A stretch of 56,260 nt of DNA from Candidatus Woesearchaeota archaeon CG10_big_fil_rev_8_21_14_0_10_32_9 (GCA_002762915.1 PCYF01000001.1:1-56260); one strand, 5' to 3'; shown: positions 35,893 through 46,659, numbered from the stretch's first letter. Program-made: numbers and translations. Notes: generated by a model not told the origin, from the letters alone.

Positions 35893-37102
35893 AAATTTGG
35901 TTTTATTTCCACCGCTTCCAAATAGAATAAAAGTTATTTTTACAAAGTCATATTGGAACTTTTTAAAAATAAGTGCAATATATCTGGAGCGAAATTTAGA
36001 TGTTAAATTCGCAGATTTATTAAAAACTAGTTGTGGCATACACAACCCTGTTTTTTTGGATAGTGCTTCAAGTGCAATAGTATTAGCATTAAATGATATT
36101 GATCTCTCTAAAGGCGACGAAGTTATTATTCCCTCTTTTGTATGTAAAGCAGTAATACATAGCGTTTTAGTCGCAGGAGGAACGCCGGTTTTTGCAGATA
36201 TAGGCAAAGATTTTAATTTAAGTTCAGACTCTGTAAAAAAAGCCATTTCTAGCAAAACAAAAGCAGTCATTGCAGTTCATCAATATGGTAAGCTTTGTAG
36301 AATAGATGAAATTAAAAAATTATGCGTCGACAAAAAAATATTTTTAATTGAAGACGCGGCAGTTCCAATAGGATTAAAACACAAAAATTTGCCTGTAGGT
36401 TCTTTTGGAGATTATTCCGTATTTAGTTTTAATATGGGCAAAACAATTGTTTCTATGGGTGGAGGCATTCTAGTATCTAATAAAAAAGAATTTAACCTTC
36501 CACAACTCCGCAATAAGCTCGCTATCAAAAAATATGTATTTTTCTTAACAAATATCTATTTCAAAAAATTTTTTGTAGTATTTTTTATCCCTTTAAGTAA
36601 ATTAGGTATAATAAAAAGAGAAGAGAACATAAAAGAACTTTATTCAAAAACAAATTTGCAAAAGATATCCATAAAACCCTCAAAAATGCACAGATTGCAA
36701 AAAGCTTTAACAGTATTTCAATTAAGAAATCTGGAGAATATTAATGAATCAACTCAGTTGATTGCTAAAACATATATTCAAGAACTCAAAACTGTTAAAC
36801 AAATAGAATTGCCTAATTCATCCGGAAATCAATTCACAATATTTCCAATTAAAACTAATGACAGATATTCATTATCTGTATTTTTAAGTAAACACGGAAT
36901 TGAAACTCAGTGGACATTTTATCCTCTTCATTTACAGAACAAATTTTCTAAATACTCCAAAAAATCTGTTTCACTAAAGAATACTGAACTTCTTTGGAAA
37001 CAAGAACTTTCTTTACCAATTGGACCAACAATGACTAAAAAACAGGCTGAATACGTGTGCAAAAAAATAAAAGAGTTTTATACTGATGAAAAAAGAGTAT
37101 AG
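35885..37102 (+). CDS. DegT/DnrJ/EryC1/StrS-family PLP-dependent sugar aminotransferase
   Basis: 405 aa. DAAVPIG and FSFNMGKT (PLP lysine) motifs. Confidence 0.8.
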   Translation: MNKNLVLFPPLPNRIKVIFTKSYWNFLKISAIYLERNLDVKFADLLKTSCGIHNPVFLDSASSAIVLALNDIDLSKGDEVIIPSFVCKAVIHSVLVAGGTPVFADIGKDFNLSSDSVKKAISSKTKAVIAVHQYGKLCRIDEIKKLCVDKKIFLIEDAAVPIGLKHKNLPVGSFGDYSVFSFNMGKTIVSMGGGILVSNKKEFNLPQLRNKLAIKKYVFFLTNIYFKKFFVVFFIPLSKLGIIKREENIKELYSKTNLQKISIKPSKMHRLQKALTVFQLRNLENINESTQLIAKTYIQELKTVKQIELPNSSGNQFTIFPIKTNDRYSLSVFLSKHGIETQWTFYPLHLQNKFSKYSKKSVSLKNTELLWKQELSLPIGPTMTKKQAEYVCKKIKEFYTDEKRV

Positions 37103-37742
37103 ATTAAAAACGAAGGAGTATTATGCTCAGCAAGCTAAAGTGTATTCTACCAAGACAGTTTCTTGGAGACTTCAACTTATAGACAAATATAACTCTAATG
37201 ATAAAAAAATAGTTGATTTAGGTTGCGGAACCGGAAATTATTTACTTGCTTTAAGAAATAAAAATGTTTCGGGAATAGATTTGTCAAAGGAAAGTATTGC
37301 AAAATTAAAATCAAGAAAAGAATATGAAGATTCTAAAAACAATATTAACTTGGTAGTTGGAGATTTGTGCAATTTACCTTTTAAAAGAGATGAGTTTGAT
37401 ATCTCTTTTTCATTCAGCACATTATATTATGTTAAGGAAATAGCTAAAGTTATAGGGGAGATAAGCAGAATAACAAAGAAAAATGGAGTTTCTATTTTAG
37501 AATTTGGCAACAAAATTTCTATTAATTCTTTTTGGGACAGAGTAATGTTTTCTGTTCCGCAATTTCATTGGAGTAAGAAATACATAAGATTCTTGATGGA
37601 AAAAAACGGTTTTGAAATACTAGAAATAAGATATAGAAATTTAATTCCAGACTTCTATAAATTATTCGACAAAAAGTTCATAAAAAATAGATTTTTACAA
37701 AAGTTTTGTTTTAGAATGATATTTATAATAAGAAAAAAATAA
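37086..37742 (+). CDS. Class I SAM-dependent methyltransferase
   Basis: 218 aa. IVDLGCGTGNY motif I and VGDLCNLPF. Confidence 0.8.
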   Translation: MKKEYRLKTKEYYAQQAKVYSTKTVSWRLQLIDKYNSNDKKIVDLGCGTGNYLLALRNKNVSGIDLSKESIAKLKSRKEYEDSKNNINLVVGDLCNLPFKRDEFDISFSFSTLYYVKEIAKVIGEISRITKKNGVSILEFGNKISINSFWDRVMFSVPQFHWSKKYIRFLMEKNGFEILEIRYRNLIPDFYKLFDKKFIKNRFLQKFCFRMIFIIRKK

Positions 37743-37744
37743 AT

Positions 37745-38590
37745 TTATTTTTTTGGCTTTTGAAGTATTATCCATAAAGCTCCAGCGCCACCGCGTTTCC
37801 AAAGTTTAGCACCATTCCTCTCCATAAAATCGTGCATCTTTTTACTTTTTCTCAAGTGTCTATCAATGATAGAATGCGGGAAGTGGTAATTCAAATATTG
37901 AAATTTCTTTATATTAAATTTGGTTTGTTTAATCTTTTTCTTTATTTCCACATCTTTATAGAAATGAACGTGGTCGGTAATATACAAAATATATGGTTCA
38001 AACACATAGTTTCTAAGTTTACAAATAGCAGTTCCTTCTTGAGGGATGCCTATGAGTGCATATCCTCCTGGAGCCAAATATGAATACATTTTCTTAAGAA
38101 GACCAACATCGTCAGGTACGTGTTCTAAAACATGATTGAGAAGCAAAATATCAACAGAATTTTCTTTTATCACTTCTTTATTTGCATCTGCAAGAAAAAT
38201 AGTTGCTTCTGGAACTAAAGCTTTAGCTCTTGATAATCTTAATGCATTATAATCGCAGCCATAAATATCTACATTTAAGTTAAGATCTTTAACCTCTTTT
38301 AAATTTACACCATCTCCACAACCAATATCTAAAAATTTTACTCTTTTTTTATTAATTGACTTGACAAGAGCAGTCATATCTTTTTGGAAAATAGCAGTTC
38401 TTAGATTTTGTTGATGTAAATATATATTTCTTACTTCTTTTTGTGTTACAACATACCAATTAGGTCTTTGTTTTTGAAGTTTTTTTACTTCTTCATTCTC
38501 GTTTATTGTAATTATGCCCTTTGTTACTGGAAATTCTCTTTTGTTTCCAAGAGGAATCAATATGTCTGTTTTTTGATGAGTTTTATTCAT
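37745..38590 (-). CDS. Class I SAM-dependent methyltransferase
   Basis: FLDIGCGDGVN motif I. I chose the ATG at 38590 (MNKTHQ...), 1 nt after the stop of the upstream GT4 gene; the ORF-track start at 38665 would overlap it by 74 nt. Confidence 0.75.
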   Translation of the reverse strand: MNKTHQKTDILIPLGNKREFPVTKGIITINENEEVKKLQKQRPNWYVVTQKEVRNIYLHQQNLRTAIFQKDMTALVKSINKKRVKFLDIGCGDGVNLKEVKDLNLNVDIYGCDYNALRLSRAKALVPEATIFLADANKEVIKENSVDILLLNHVLEHVPDDVGLLKKMYSYLAPGGYALIGIPQEGTAICKLRNYVFEPYILYITDHVHFYKDVEIKKKIKQTKFNIKKFQYLNYHFPHSIIDRHLRKSKKMHDFMERNGAKLWKRGGAGALWIILQKPKK

Positions 38591-38591
38591 C

Positions 38592-39734
38592 TTATTTGTG
38601 CTCCAACAGAGTTTTATAAACTTTTCTCTCTTTTTCTTCCATTTTTTCTCCATTGACTTTTTCAATAGCGGTTAAACTTTTTTGTGAATATTTTTTTACA
38701 AGTAAAGGATTTTCTTTAAATTTTAATATTGCCTCTCTGAATGATTGTTCATCAAAATTTACAAGGTACATGAAATTAAACAAAAAGTCTTTGTTTTCGT
38801 CAGAATAAGGTTTTCTGTGAATAATGGGTAAACCACAGCTCATGGCCTCTAGGACGGGAATGGCTATTTCTTGAATATAGGTTCCACTTACAAAACAATC
38901 TGCTTGTGAATAGTATTTAGGTAAATCTTCATTGGGCACTGCTTCTATAAATGTTATTTTGTTATCTAAATTCTTTTTATGTACATATTCTATCAAATTT
39001 GCACGATTGTTACCTTTTCCTATGAATATTAATTTTACATCCAAAGGTTCCACCACATCTATGAGAAATTTCTGATTTTTTACTTTAAAGAAATTGCCAA
39101 CATACAATAATGTAAACTTTTCATTTCTTTTTTCTGTTTTGATTTGTTTAAAAAAAACTTTATTATAGATTAAATGTTGGTGTTTTTTATTTATATTAAA
39201 CGCCGCAGTAGTTCCAAATGCTTGTTTATATACATATATGAATTCATTAGTTTGTTTTACTATTTTTTTTAAAAATAAAAAAATAAACAACCACTGGAGA
39301 CATCCCCTAAAAAAATCCTCTTTTAGCATAACTAAATATTTGTGATGAGTATAATTTCCGTGAATAGAAATGATCAGAGAAATATTTAGTTTTTTAGATA
39401 CAAATGTTGCAAGATAACATTCATGGAATATTCCTTGGGCTCTTATGCACGAGGGATTTATTTTTTTAACTTCTGCCAATATTTTATTTCTAATAAAAAA
39501 TATGTCTAGTTTGCTAGTTGATTTAAAGAAATGTATTACTAACTTTTTATCTCCTGCAAGGCACGCAGCTCTTCTCTTCTCCATTAAAGTAAGTTTTCTA
39601 GGTGAGAGATCTATTATATGTATTTCATCAAAATAATTTCCAGGATTGAAATATCTGTTCTTTATTTCCCCTTTTTTTAAATAGCTGAGAAGGGGATCTG
39701 TTGGAAAGACAACCAATTTTTTTACAAAAGTCAT
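38592..39734 (-). CDS. Glycosyltransferase, GT4-like (GT-B fold)
   Basis: 380 aa. C-terminal E..PVLEAMSCGLPIIH sugar-donor binding motif. Confidence 0.75.
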   Translation of the reverse strand: MTFVKKLVVFPTDPLLSYLKKGEIKNRYFNPGNYFDEIHIIDLSPRKLTLMEKRRAACLAGDKKLVIHFFKSTSKLDIFFIRNKILAEVKKINPSCIRAQGIFHECYLATFVSKKLNISLIISIHGNYTHHKYLVMLKEDFFRGCLQWLFIFLFLKKIVKQTNEFIYVYKQAFGTTAAFNINKKHQHLIYNKVFFKQIKTEKRNEKFTLLYVGNFFKVKNQKFLIDVVEPLDVKLIFIGKGNNRANLIEYVHKKNLDNKITFIEAVPNEDLPKYYSQADCFVSGTYIQEIAIPVLEAMSCGLPIIHRKPYSDENKDFLFNFMYLVNFDEQSFREAILKFKENPLLVKKYSQKSLTAIEKVNGEKMEEKERKVYKTLLEHK

Positions 39735-40579
39735 TTTAATAATCTCGTCAATTGTTGATATGTAACTGTGTTTAATTTATATTTTTTAAGCAGGATTAAC
39801 ATTTTTTCGTAATTAAATTTTTTTAGGTCTTGAGGATCTTGATATATGTTGATAAAAGAATTTTTATTAGATTTTAACAACTGTTCAAAAGATTTTATGT
39901 ATTCTTTCGATGTATGACTAACTATTTTTGCTCTAAATGCGTGAGATGTATCAAAAATACAGAAAGGATGATCTTGACAGCAAGTAATTGGAAATTCCCA
40001 AATGTTGTCGTGTTTATAGGGAAATCCTGCAGTTTTAGTTCGTATGGCTACTGTTGAAGAAGAATAAGAATAATTTAATTTTTTTAACAGAGGATATATT
40101 TCCTCAGTAAATTGATATCCAAAATGAGGAACTCTAAATCCTGTCATTTCATAATTTAGAATCTTTTTAACTACTCTGTGACATTTTTCTATTTCTAAAA
40201 ATTTCTCTTCATTTGGTAAGGTATGAAAATGCTTATTAGGATTAAATTCAGGATTGTCTGGGTGACTGTAGGTGTGGTTAATCAGCTCGTGACCATTATT
40301 TATTATTTGTTGATATATTTCAGGATGTTGTTCTACATGTTTTCCTATTATTGCAAATATTGCTTTTATTTTGTATTTGTTTAAAAGGTCGAGTAACCAG
40401 GGTAAATTTTTTATATCTTTTTGTTCATCAATATCAAAAGACAACATAAAATAATTTTCTTTTTTATTTTTGATCCAAGATTTTCTATTTGTTTCTATTT
40501 TAGGCGCGACAAATGTAGTATAATATCTTTTTCCAAGTATTGAGTTAACAAAAACTTCAAATAGACTATTTGTTTTCAT
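39731..40579 (-). CDS. Polysaccharide deacetylase (NodB homology / CE4)
   Basis: 282 aa. SFDID (motif 1) and NHTYSHPD (motif 2). Confidence 0.75.
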   Translation of the reverse strand: MKTNSLFEVFVNSILGKRYYTTFVAPKIETNRKSWIKNKKENYFMLSFDIDEQKDIKNLPWLLDLLNKYKIKAIFAIIGKHVEQHPEIYQQIINNGHELINHTYSHPDNPEFNPNKHFHTLPNEEKFLEIEKCHRVVKKILNYEMTGFRVPHFGYQFTEEIYPLLKKLNYSYSSSTVAIRTKTAGFPYKHDNIWEFPITCCQDHPFCIFDTSHAFRAKIVSHTSKEYIKSFEQLLKSNKNSFINIYQDPQDLKKFNYEKMLILLKKYKLNTVTYQQLTRLLK

Positions 40580-40695
40580 TTTATTATATTTCTTCTACGA
40601 TTTTTAAATATCTTTCTCCTATTTTGTCAGTTACAATTCTTTAACTAAATTGTTTTCTATTGATTAGCATACTCTGTAATTAATCTGCTTTTTTA

Positions 40696-41931
40696 TTAAA
40701 CATCTTTTCCATTACCTAATGTGTGTTGATGTTTAGAAATTATTTTCATATTTCTAGTATTCAGTACGTGTTTGTTGGTTAAATCTAAATTAATGTATTC
40801 GTCGTGATCCGTTATTATTAATATAACATTAGATTCATTAATTACAGTTTTTAATGTAGTTAATGCGTGACTAAATTTTTCAACAAATGGGTCTGTTATT
40901 AAAACTTTAAATCCATGCTCAAGGCATAAATTTATTATTGGTTCTGCGGGAGAAAGCCTGACATCATCGACATTTTTTTTATATGCTATTCCTAAGATTC
41001 CTATGGCAGGGTTTTGTATGTTGTTAGTTTTTATAATTTCCAAAGTTTTATCAAACACTATTTTTGGCATAGAGTCATTTATTTCTCTGGCTGCACGTAT
41101 TAGCTTTCCATATTTTTGTTCTATTAAGAACCACGGATCTATTGCGATACAATGTCCCCCCACACCGGGCCCTGGTAAATGCACGTTGACTCTGGGATGT
41201 TTATTTGCCAAATTTATTGTTTCCCAGACATTTATTTTAAGCGCTTCACATATTAATGCAAGTTCATTTGCAAAAGCAATGTTTACATCTCTATATGCAT
41301 TTTCAATTAGTTTTGTTGTTTCAGCAGTGGTACAATCTGTTAAATGAATATTTCCTTTTACAAATAACGAGTATAATTCTGCTGCTCGTTTTTTACTGGG
41401 TTCATTGATGCCTCCAATTATTCGGTCGTTATTAATCATTTCATATATTGTGTTTCCGGGAATTGCTTTTTCAGAGATGTATGCTAGATCAAAATCTTGT
41501 CCTGCTTTGAGATTTGATTGTTCAAGCAATTTTTTTACAATTCCAGTAGTTGTTCCTGGACTAACTGTTGATTCTAAAATTACAAGATCTCCTTTTTTTA
41601 AAATCTTAGAAATATCCATCAGGGCAGAAGTTACATATTTTAAGTCGCATTTTTTTGAATCTGTAAATGGTGTAGGAACACAGACAATATATGTAGTAAT
41701 TTCTCGCGTGTTCTCTTTTGTAAATATGTTTGTAGTTGGCAAATTTCTTTTACACTCGTCAAATAATTCAGACAATCCCTTTTCCTGAAAAGGTAATTTT
41801 CCATCGCTAATAATTTTTAATTTATTATTATCTACATCTTTACCTAAAACGTGTATTCCTGCTCTAGCAATAAGCAAAGCAGTAGGTATACCCATGTATC
41901 CTAAACCAACCACACACACTTGTTCCTTCAT
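40696..41931 (-). CDS. wecC: UDP-N-acetyl-D-mannosamine (nucleotide-sugar) dehydrogenase
   Basis: 411 aa. VCVVGLGYMGIPTA Rossmann motif and catalytic GGHCI. Immediately downstream of wecB. Confidence 0.8.
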   Translation of the reverse strand: MKEQVCVVGLGYMGIPTALLIARAGIHVLGKDVDNNKLKIISDGKLPFQEKGLSELFDECKRNLPTTNIFTKENTREITTYIVCVPTPFTDSKKCDLKYVTSALMDISKILKKGDLVILESTVSPGTTTGIVKKLLEQSNLKAGQDFDLAYISEKAIPGNTIYEMINNDRIIGGINEPSKKRAAELYSLFVKGNIHLTDCTTAETTKLIENAYRDVNIAFANELALICEALKINVWETINLANKHPRVNVHLPGPGVGGHCIAIDPWFLIEQKYGKLIRAAREINDSMPKIVFDKTLEIIKTNNIQNPAIGILGIAYKKNVDDVRLSPAEPIINLCLEHGFKVLITDPFVEKFSHALTTLKTVINESNVILIITDHDEYINLDLTNKHVLNTRNMKIISKHQHTLGNGKDV

Positions 41932-41945
41932 AAGTTCGCCTGATT

Positions 41946-43118
41946 TTATTTAATTGGAGAATAATAGTTTATGTTTTTTATTATCATTCTCTTTATCCAT
42001 TTTAATCTTTCTTTCAAAGATTTTCTTTTTTTAATTAACTTTACTATTTCTTCAATGATTATTTCTCCCGAGTGTCCGTCTCCAAACACATCTTTCCACT
42101 CTATTTTTGCGTTCAGCATGAGTTCTGTTTGTTGTACTATTTTATCAGGATTTGTTCCTGCAAGCACATTCATCTTTGCGGTTATTGTTTCAGGTCTTTC
42201 AGTATTCTCTCTTAATGTGACAACAGGAACTCTTAAAATACTGCACTCCTCTTGTAATCCGCCTGAATCTGTGAGAACTATTGCCGCATTTTTTTCTAAT
42301 TGTAAAAATTCTAAGAATCCTAAAGGATCAACCACTTTGACAACTGAAGGAATAGTTAAGTTGTATTCTTCTATTTTCTTTTTAGTTCTTGGATGTAAAG
42401 AGAATACAAATTTATATTTAGGATACTTGATCGTTAATTTTTCTATGCCTTTTAATATTCCTTCGAGTCTTTCTTTGACATCTGTATTTTCTGCACGGTG
42501 TGCAGTAATTAAGAAATATTTCTTAGATACTAAATTAAACTTTTTTAAAACATCAACTTTCTTGTTTGCAAGTTCGATATTTTCTTTTACTGCATCCACT
42601 ATTGTGTTTCCGGTTTTTAAGTAATATTGCGCATTTAATCCTTCGAATTTAATATTCTCTAAAGCATCATTTGTTGGACAAAATAAGTATTCAGATATGT
42701 GGTCCGTTAATATTCTGTTTATTTCTTCAGGCATACTTAAATCATGACTTCTCAGACCAGCTTCATGGTGTGCAACAGGTATATCCCATTTTTTAGCAGC
42801 AAGAGCAGCCATCAAAACAGTTAGTGTGTCTCCTTGAACTATAACTACATCCGGTTGCTCTTTTTTGAAAATTTTATTCATTCCCTTCATCATTAAACCT
42901 ACATGTTTTCTAAATGATTGAGAACCTACATGTAGGTTGTAATCGGGTTTAGGCAATTCTAACTCTTCAAAAAAGATTGAGTCCATATTTTTGTCGTAGT
43001 GTTGTCCGCTGTGCAATATGAAAAAGTTTATTTTCTTTTTTTGGCAGGCACGAATTATGGGTGCCATTTTTACAATTTCGGGTCTAGTTCCAACAACTAT
43101 TGCAAATTTAAGAGTCAT
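41946..43118 (-). CDS. wecB: UDP-N-acetylglucosamine 2-epimerase (non-hydrolysing)
   Basis: 390 aa. VVGTRPEIVKMAPI, HSGQHYD, VQGDT, HHEAGLRS, TDSGGLQEE motifs. Confidence 0.9.
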   Translation of the reverse strand: MTLKFAIVVGTRPEIVKMAPIIRACQKKKINFFILHSGQHYDKNMDSIFFEELELPKPDYNLHVGSQSFRKHVGLMMKGMNKIFKKEQPDVVIVQGDTLTVLMAALAAKKWDIPVAHHEAGLRSHDLSMPEEINRILTDHISEYLFCPTNDALENIKFEGLNAQYYLKTGNTIVDAVKENIELANKKVDVLKKFNLVSKKYFLITAHRAENTDVKERLEGILKGIEKLTIKYPKYKFVFSLHPRTKKKIEEYNLTIPSVVKVVDPLGFLEFLQLEKNAAIVLTDSGGLQEECSILRVPVVTLRENTERPETITAKMNVLAGTNPDKIVQQTELMLNAKIEWKDVFGDGHSGEIIIEEIVKLIKKRKSLKERLKWIKRMIIKNINYYSPIK

Positions 43119-44233
43119 AATAATTCACCAATGAGTATTTGATATTGTTTTTCTAAAAGTTCCCAATTATACTTTTGTACAACAAGTTCTTTTCCTTTTT
43201 TTGCCAGTTTTTCTCTTAATGTTTTATTCTTTTTTAAAAAAATTGCTTTTTCCGCTAAGTCTTTTGCATCTTTGAAGAAAATGAGTTCCTTTTTAAATTG
43301 TTTCAATTCGTATGTTTCTGTTGATAAAACTGCATTATTTGAGAGCCAGTATTCAAAAAGTTTCAAAGGTGATACGCTGTTAGTTATTTTATTAATTTTA
43401 AAAGGTATAATTGCTATATGAAATTTGTGCATATTTTTTAAGGCTTCTTCATGATTCATATATTCTTTGAGTTCAATATTTTGTATATTTTCTTCGGTAA
43501 TTCTTTTCGTGAGCAGAGTGTGTCCCTGACCCGGCCCTATTATTTTTATCTTTATGGATTTATCTTTTTTTTGAATAATTTTTGCTGCATCAGCAATCAT
43601 GTCTGCGTCCACCCAAGATCCCAAGGTGCCTACAAAACCTATTGTGAACTGCTTTTCTTTTTGCTCTCTTATTAATTTAAATTTTGTAAGGTTTGTCGCA
43701 TTAGGTATATATTTTGTCTTTTTGTTTTTAGTTTTTGCTTTTTCTTCAAGCAGCCGAGCAGTGCATATTACTAAGTTAGCATTTTTTAAAAAGATTTTAA
43801 GAGTCCAGTGTAAGTACTGCTTAAAAAATGAGTTGGGCGTCAAATCTTCATATTCATCAACATACATAAACACTATTTTCTTTTTAAAAAGTTTTGATAG
43901 ATATAGCAGTGCAACATCATATGTATTGTATGTAATAAATATTTGAAATTTATTTCTGTATTGAATAAATTTTTTTATGGTATAATATTGAGTATACAAC
44001 AAATATATTAAATTAAATTTTTTAAATTTTTTATTAGTTGTTATTAACTGTACTCCTTTGGGGACTTTGTGCTTAGTCTTATAAGTAAGATGTTCATGTC
44101 CTCTTTCTTTATTTTCAGGCACTTCCAGATAGTATACTTCATATTTTTGTCCTAATGCTTTTGCAATCTCGTGGCTATGAGACCATATGTTATTCCATAT
44201 TAAAGAAGAGTATTCTAATATTCCTTTAGTCAT
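43115..44233 (-). CDS. Glycosyltransferase (GT-B fold, TuaH-like)
   Basis: 372 aa. FVGTLGSWVD...IIGPG central motif and SPLKLFEY near the C-terminus. Confidence 0.6.
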   Translation of the reverse strand: MTKGILEYSSLIWNNIWSHSHEIAKALGQKYEVYYLEVPENKERGHEHLTYKTKHKVPKGVQLITTNKKFKKFNLIYLLYTQYYTIKKFIQYRNKFQIFITYNTYDVALLYLSKLFKKKIVFMYVDEYEDLTPNSFFKQYLHWTLKIFLKNANLVICTARLLEEKAKTKNKKTKYIPNATNLTKFKLIREQKEKQFTIGFVGTLGSWVDADMIADAAKIIQKKDKSIKIKIIGPGQGHTLLTKRITEENIQNIELKEYMNHEEALKNMHKFHIAIIPFKINKITNSVSPLKLFEYWLSNNAVLSTETYELKQFKKELIFFKDAKDLAEKAIFLKKNKTLREKLAKKGKELVVQKYNWELLEKQYQILIGELL

Positions 44234-45315
44234 AATAGTTCCTCAAACAAGTTAGCATTTATTTCTTGATCAAATTTGTTTAAATTTACCTTTTTTTGTT
44301 TTTCTTTTAATACTTTAATTATTGTTTTTTTTAATTCTTTAACGTCTTTAGGTTTAATTAAATTCTTTTGTATAATTTCTCTTGTTCCGCCTACATCTGT
44401 TGCAATGATTGGTACGCCAATTGCTGCAGCTTCTAGAACGCTGGTTGGCAGTCCTTCTGAGTACGATGGATTCACGAATAAGTCTGAGATGCTTAAGTAT
44501 TCTATTACTTGTTGTTTGTCTAGTTCTCCTGTGAATATTATTTTCTGGTTAGTTTCTTTAGCGAGTTGTTCTAGTTTTTGTCTGTACGGTCCTTCTCCTA
44601 TTATTATGAGTTGTACAGATTTCATTTCTGTTGTTGCTTGTATCAGATCTTGTATTCCTTTTGCATATATTAGTCTTCCAACATAAGTTATTATTTTAGT
44701 TTTTGGAGAAATATTTAGTCTTTGTTGAAGGTTTGTTTTGACTTTTTTGTATTCTGATAAATTTATTGAGTTATATATCAATTTTGTTTTTTTTGCACCC
44801 ATTTTTTTTGCAAAAGAGACGCACTGTTTTGATATTCCAACAACAATATTAGCATTGCTGAACACAGCTCGTCCGAGAGTCTGATCGTATATCCAAGCAA
44901 GAACTGTAACTAAAGGATTTTTATGTATTACGTGTTTGTTTCCGTGTTCTGTGTGTATGTATTTGCAATTTATTTTTTTAGCAAGTAACATTCCCAAAAA
45001 GCTTATTGTGAAGAATCTTGTGTTTGTTATAACAACATCATATTTTGTCTCGAGTATTTTAGAAATTATTTTTTCATATTCTGTATTGAATATTTTCGGA
45101 ATAGAATATGTTTCTCCGAGAATTTCCCAGCAAGGCAATCTTATTATGTTTAATCCATAATAGTTTTCATATGAAGCTAAATTTTTATGATTGTATGTTA
45201 AAACATCCACTTCGTATTCATTCTGATTTAGACCTTTTGCTAAATTTAGAACGTAATTTTCTAGACCGCCTTTGTATGGATAGAAATGGTTAGAAATTAG
45301 AAGGATTTTCTTCAT
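44230..45315 (-). CDS. Glycosyltransferase family 4
   Basis: 361 aa. EGLPTSVLEAAAIGVPIIATDVGGTREI signature. Confidence 0.85.
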   Translation of the reverse strand: MKKILLISNHFYPYKGGLENYVLNLAKGLNQNEYEVDVLTYNHKNLASYENYYGLNIIRLPCWEILGETYSIPKIFNTEYEKIISKILETKYDVVITNTRFFTISFLGMLLAKKINCKYIHTEHGNKHVIHKNPLVTVLAWIYDQTLGRAVFSNANIVVGISKQCVSFAKKMGAKKTKLIYNSINLSEYKKVKTNLQQRLNISPKTKIITYVGRLIYAKGIQDLIQATTEMKSVQLIIIGEGPYRQKLEQLAKETNQKIIFTGELDKQQVIEYLSISDLFVNPSYSEGLPTSVLEAAAIGVPIIATDVGGTREIIQKNLIKPKDVKELKKTIIKVLKEKQKKVNLNKFDQEINANLFEELL

Positions 45316-45653
45316 TTTTTCTTTTTCTCTTGTTCTTGGAAGCTAAGCTTTCTGACTAGTTCTTCCATTTTTGTATTGACTCTTTTAATAATATTGTACA
45401 TGTAAAATATAATTATAAGGAAGAAGGTGAATCCAGACATTACTATAAAGTCAGCCGTTCTTTCTATTTGTAATGTTTGCATCAATCCATAAACTGTTTC
45501 AGGTATTGATATTATTAGAAGTATTCCTAACCAGAGGGCCATCCACACAATTAAACTGTATAGTCCGTAGTTTTTACGTTTGTAATACACGAATGTAAAA
45601 TACATCATGACTATTGCAAATACTATTCCTACTATTTGTACTCCAGGTATCAT
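45312..45653 (-). CDS. DUF2304-like small membrane protein (GT2-associated)
   Basis: 113 aa, three hydrophobic helices and a basic C-terminal helix. Overlaps the GT2 gene stop by 4 nt. Confidence 0.55.
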   Translation of the reverse strand: MIPGVQIVGIVFAIVMMYFTFVYYKRKNYGLYSLIVWMALWLGILLIISIPETVYGLMQTLQIERTADFIVMSGFTFFLIIIFYMYNIIKRVNTKMEELVRKLSFQEQEKKKK

Positions 45654-46309
45654 TTTGTAAACATCTTGAATTTGATTATATTTAAAAATATTTTTACTCC
45701 ATCCATTACTGTGGTGCCTTTAAAGTTATCATTATAAATTGTTGTTATAGGAACCTCTGCGTATTTTAATTTGTGTTTCGCGACATTGGAAATCATTTCT
45801 GACTCCATGCTGTAATCGTTTGATGTCCAGCGTATTTTTTTGTAGGCAGAGGCTGTAAAGCATCTGAACCCTGATTGTGTATCTCTTAAGTTAATTCCGT
45901 TAATCAAGGAAGAAGCGGTATTTATGTACCAATTTCCAAAACGCATAATTGGAGGCATGTTTTTATTTAATGGTCTATATCCAAACACTATGTCTTTTCC
46001 TTTTAGTTTAGAAATTAATTTTTTTATTTCTTCAGGTTTGTGTTGTCCATCAGCATCAAGCAGTACCAGAACGTCAGCTCCCAGTTCACAGCAGTAGTCG
46101 CATCCTGTTTTTACTGCGGCGCCTTTTCCTAGATTTACTACGTGTTTTAATACGGTTGCGCCAGCTTTCTCCGCGAGAAGAGATGATTTATCTGTGCTTC
46201 CATCGTCTACAAATATTATGTTTTCAAATCCTTCTTTTTTCACTTTAGCGATTACTGAAGAGATGTGTTTTTCTTCGTTCAGTCCTGGAATTATTATGTG
46301 TGTTTTCAT
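45650..46309 (-). CDS. Glycosyltransferase family 2 (polyprenyl-phosphate sugar synthase-like, ArnC/DPM1-like)
   Basis: 219 aa. IIIPGLNEE, FVDDGSTD and LLDADGQH (DxD) motifs. Confidence 0.85.
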   Translation of the reverse strand: MKTHIIIPGLNEEKHISSVIAKVKKEGFENIIFVDDGSTDKSSLLAEKAGATVLKHVVNLGKGAAVKTGCDYCCELGADVLVLLDADGQHKPEEIKKLISKLKGKDIVFGYRPLNKNMPPIMRFGNWYINTASSLINGINLRDTQSGFRCFTASAYKKIRWTSNDYSMESEMISNVAKHKLKYAEVPITTIYNDNFKGTTVMDGVKIFLNIIKFKMFTK

Positions 46310-46659
46310 AGTCTTAAATTAATAATTATATTTCCTAATATTATAAGTATTATTGAAAGCCATTTGTATTTGTTCATTTTTTCGTTTAGCAACCATACAG
46401 AAATTGCGATTGTAAAAATGTAGGTCATTGAAGTCATAGGATATAATAAACTTAGATCAACAGTTTTTAGTAGCCAAATGAATGCAACAACTGCTATAAA
46501 ATATAATAAGAATCCTGGAATTAAATACGGATTAAATAAATAAGAAATTTTGAACTTCAGTTCTTTTGATGCTTTTTTTAGTAGTAGTGCTCCAAACGCG
46601 CCGAGTATTGAACTTACAATCATTATTAAAATTACGATGAGGTTATTCACTGTTTGCAA
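46306..46659 (-). CDS. EamA/SMR-like 4-TM half-transporter (ArnE/ArnF-like)
   Basis: 117 aa with four hydrophobic helices. Paired with a similar gene immediately upstream. Confidence 0.6.
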   Translation of the reverse strand: MQTVNNLIVILIMIVSSILGAFGALLLKKASKELKFKISYLFNPYLIPGFLLYFIAVVAFIWLLKTVDLSLLYPMTSMTYIFTIAISVWLLNEKMNKYKWLSIILIILGNIIINLRL

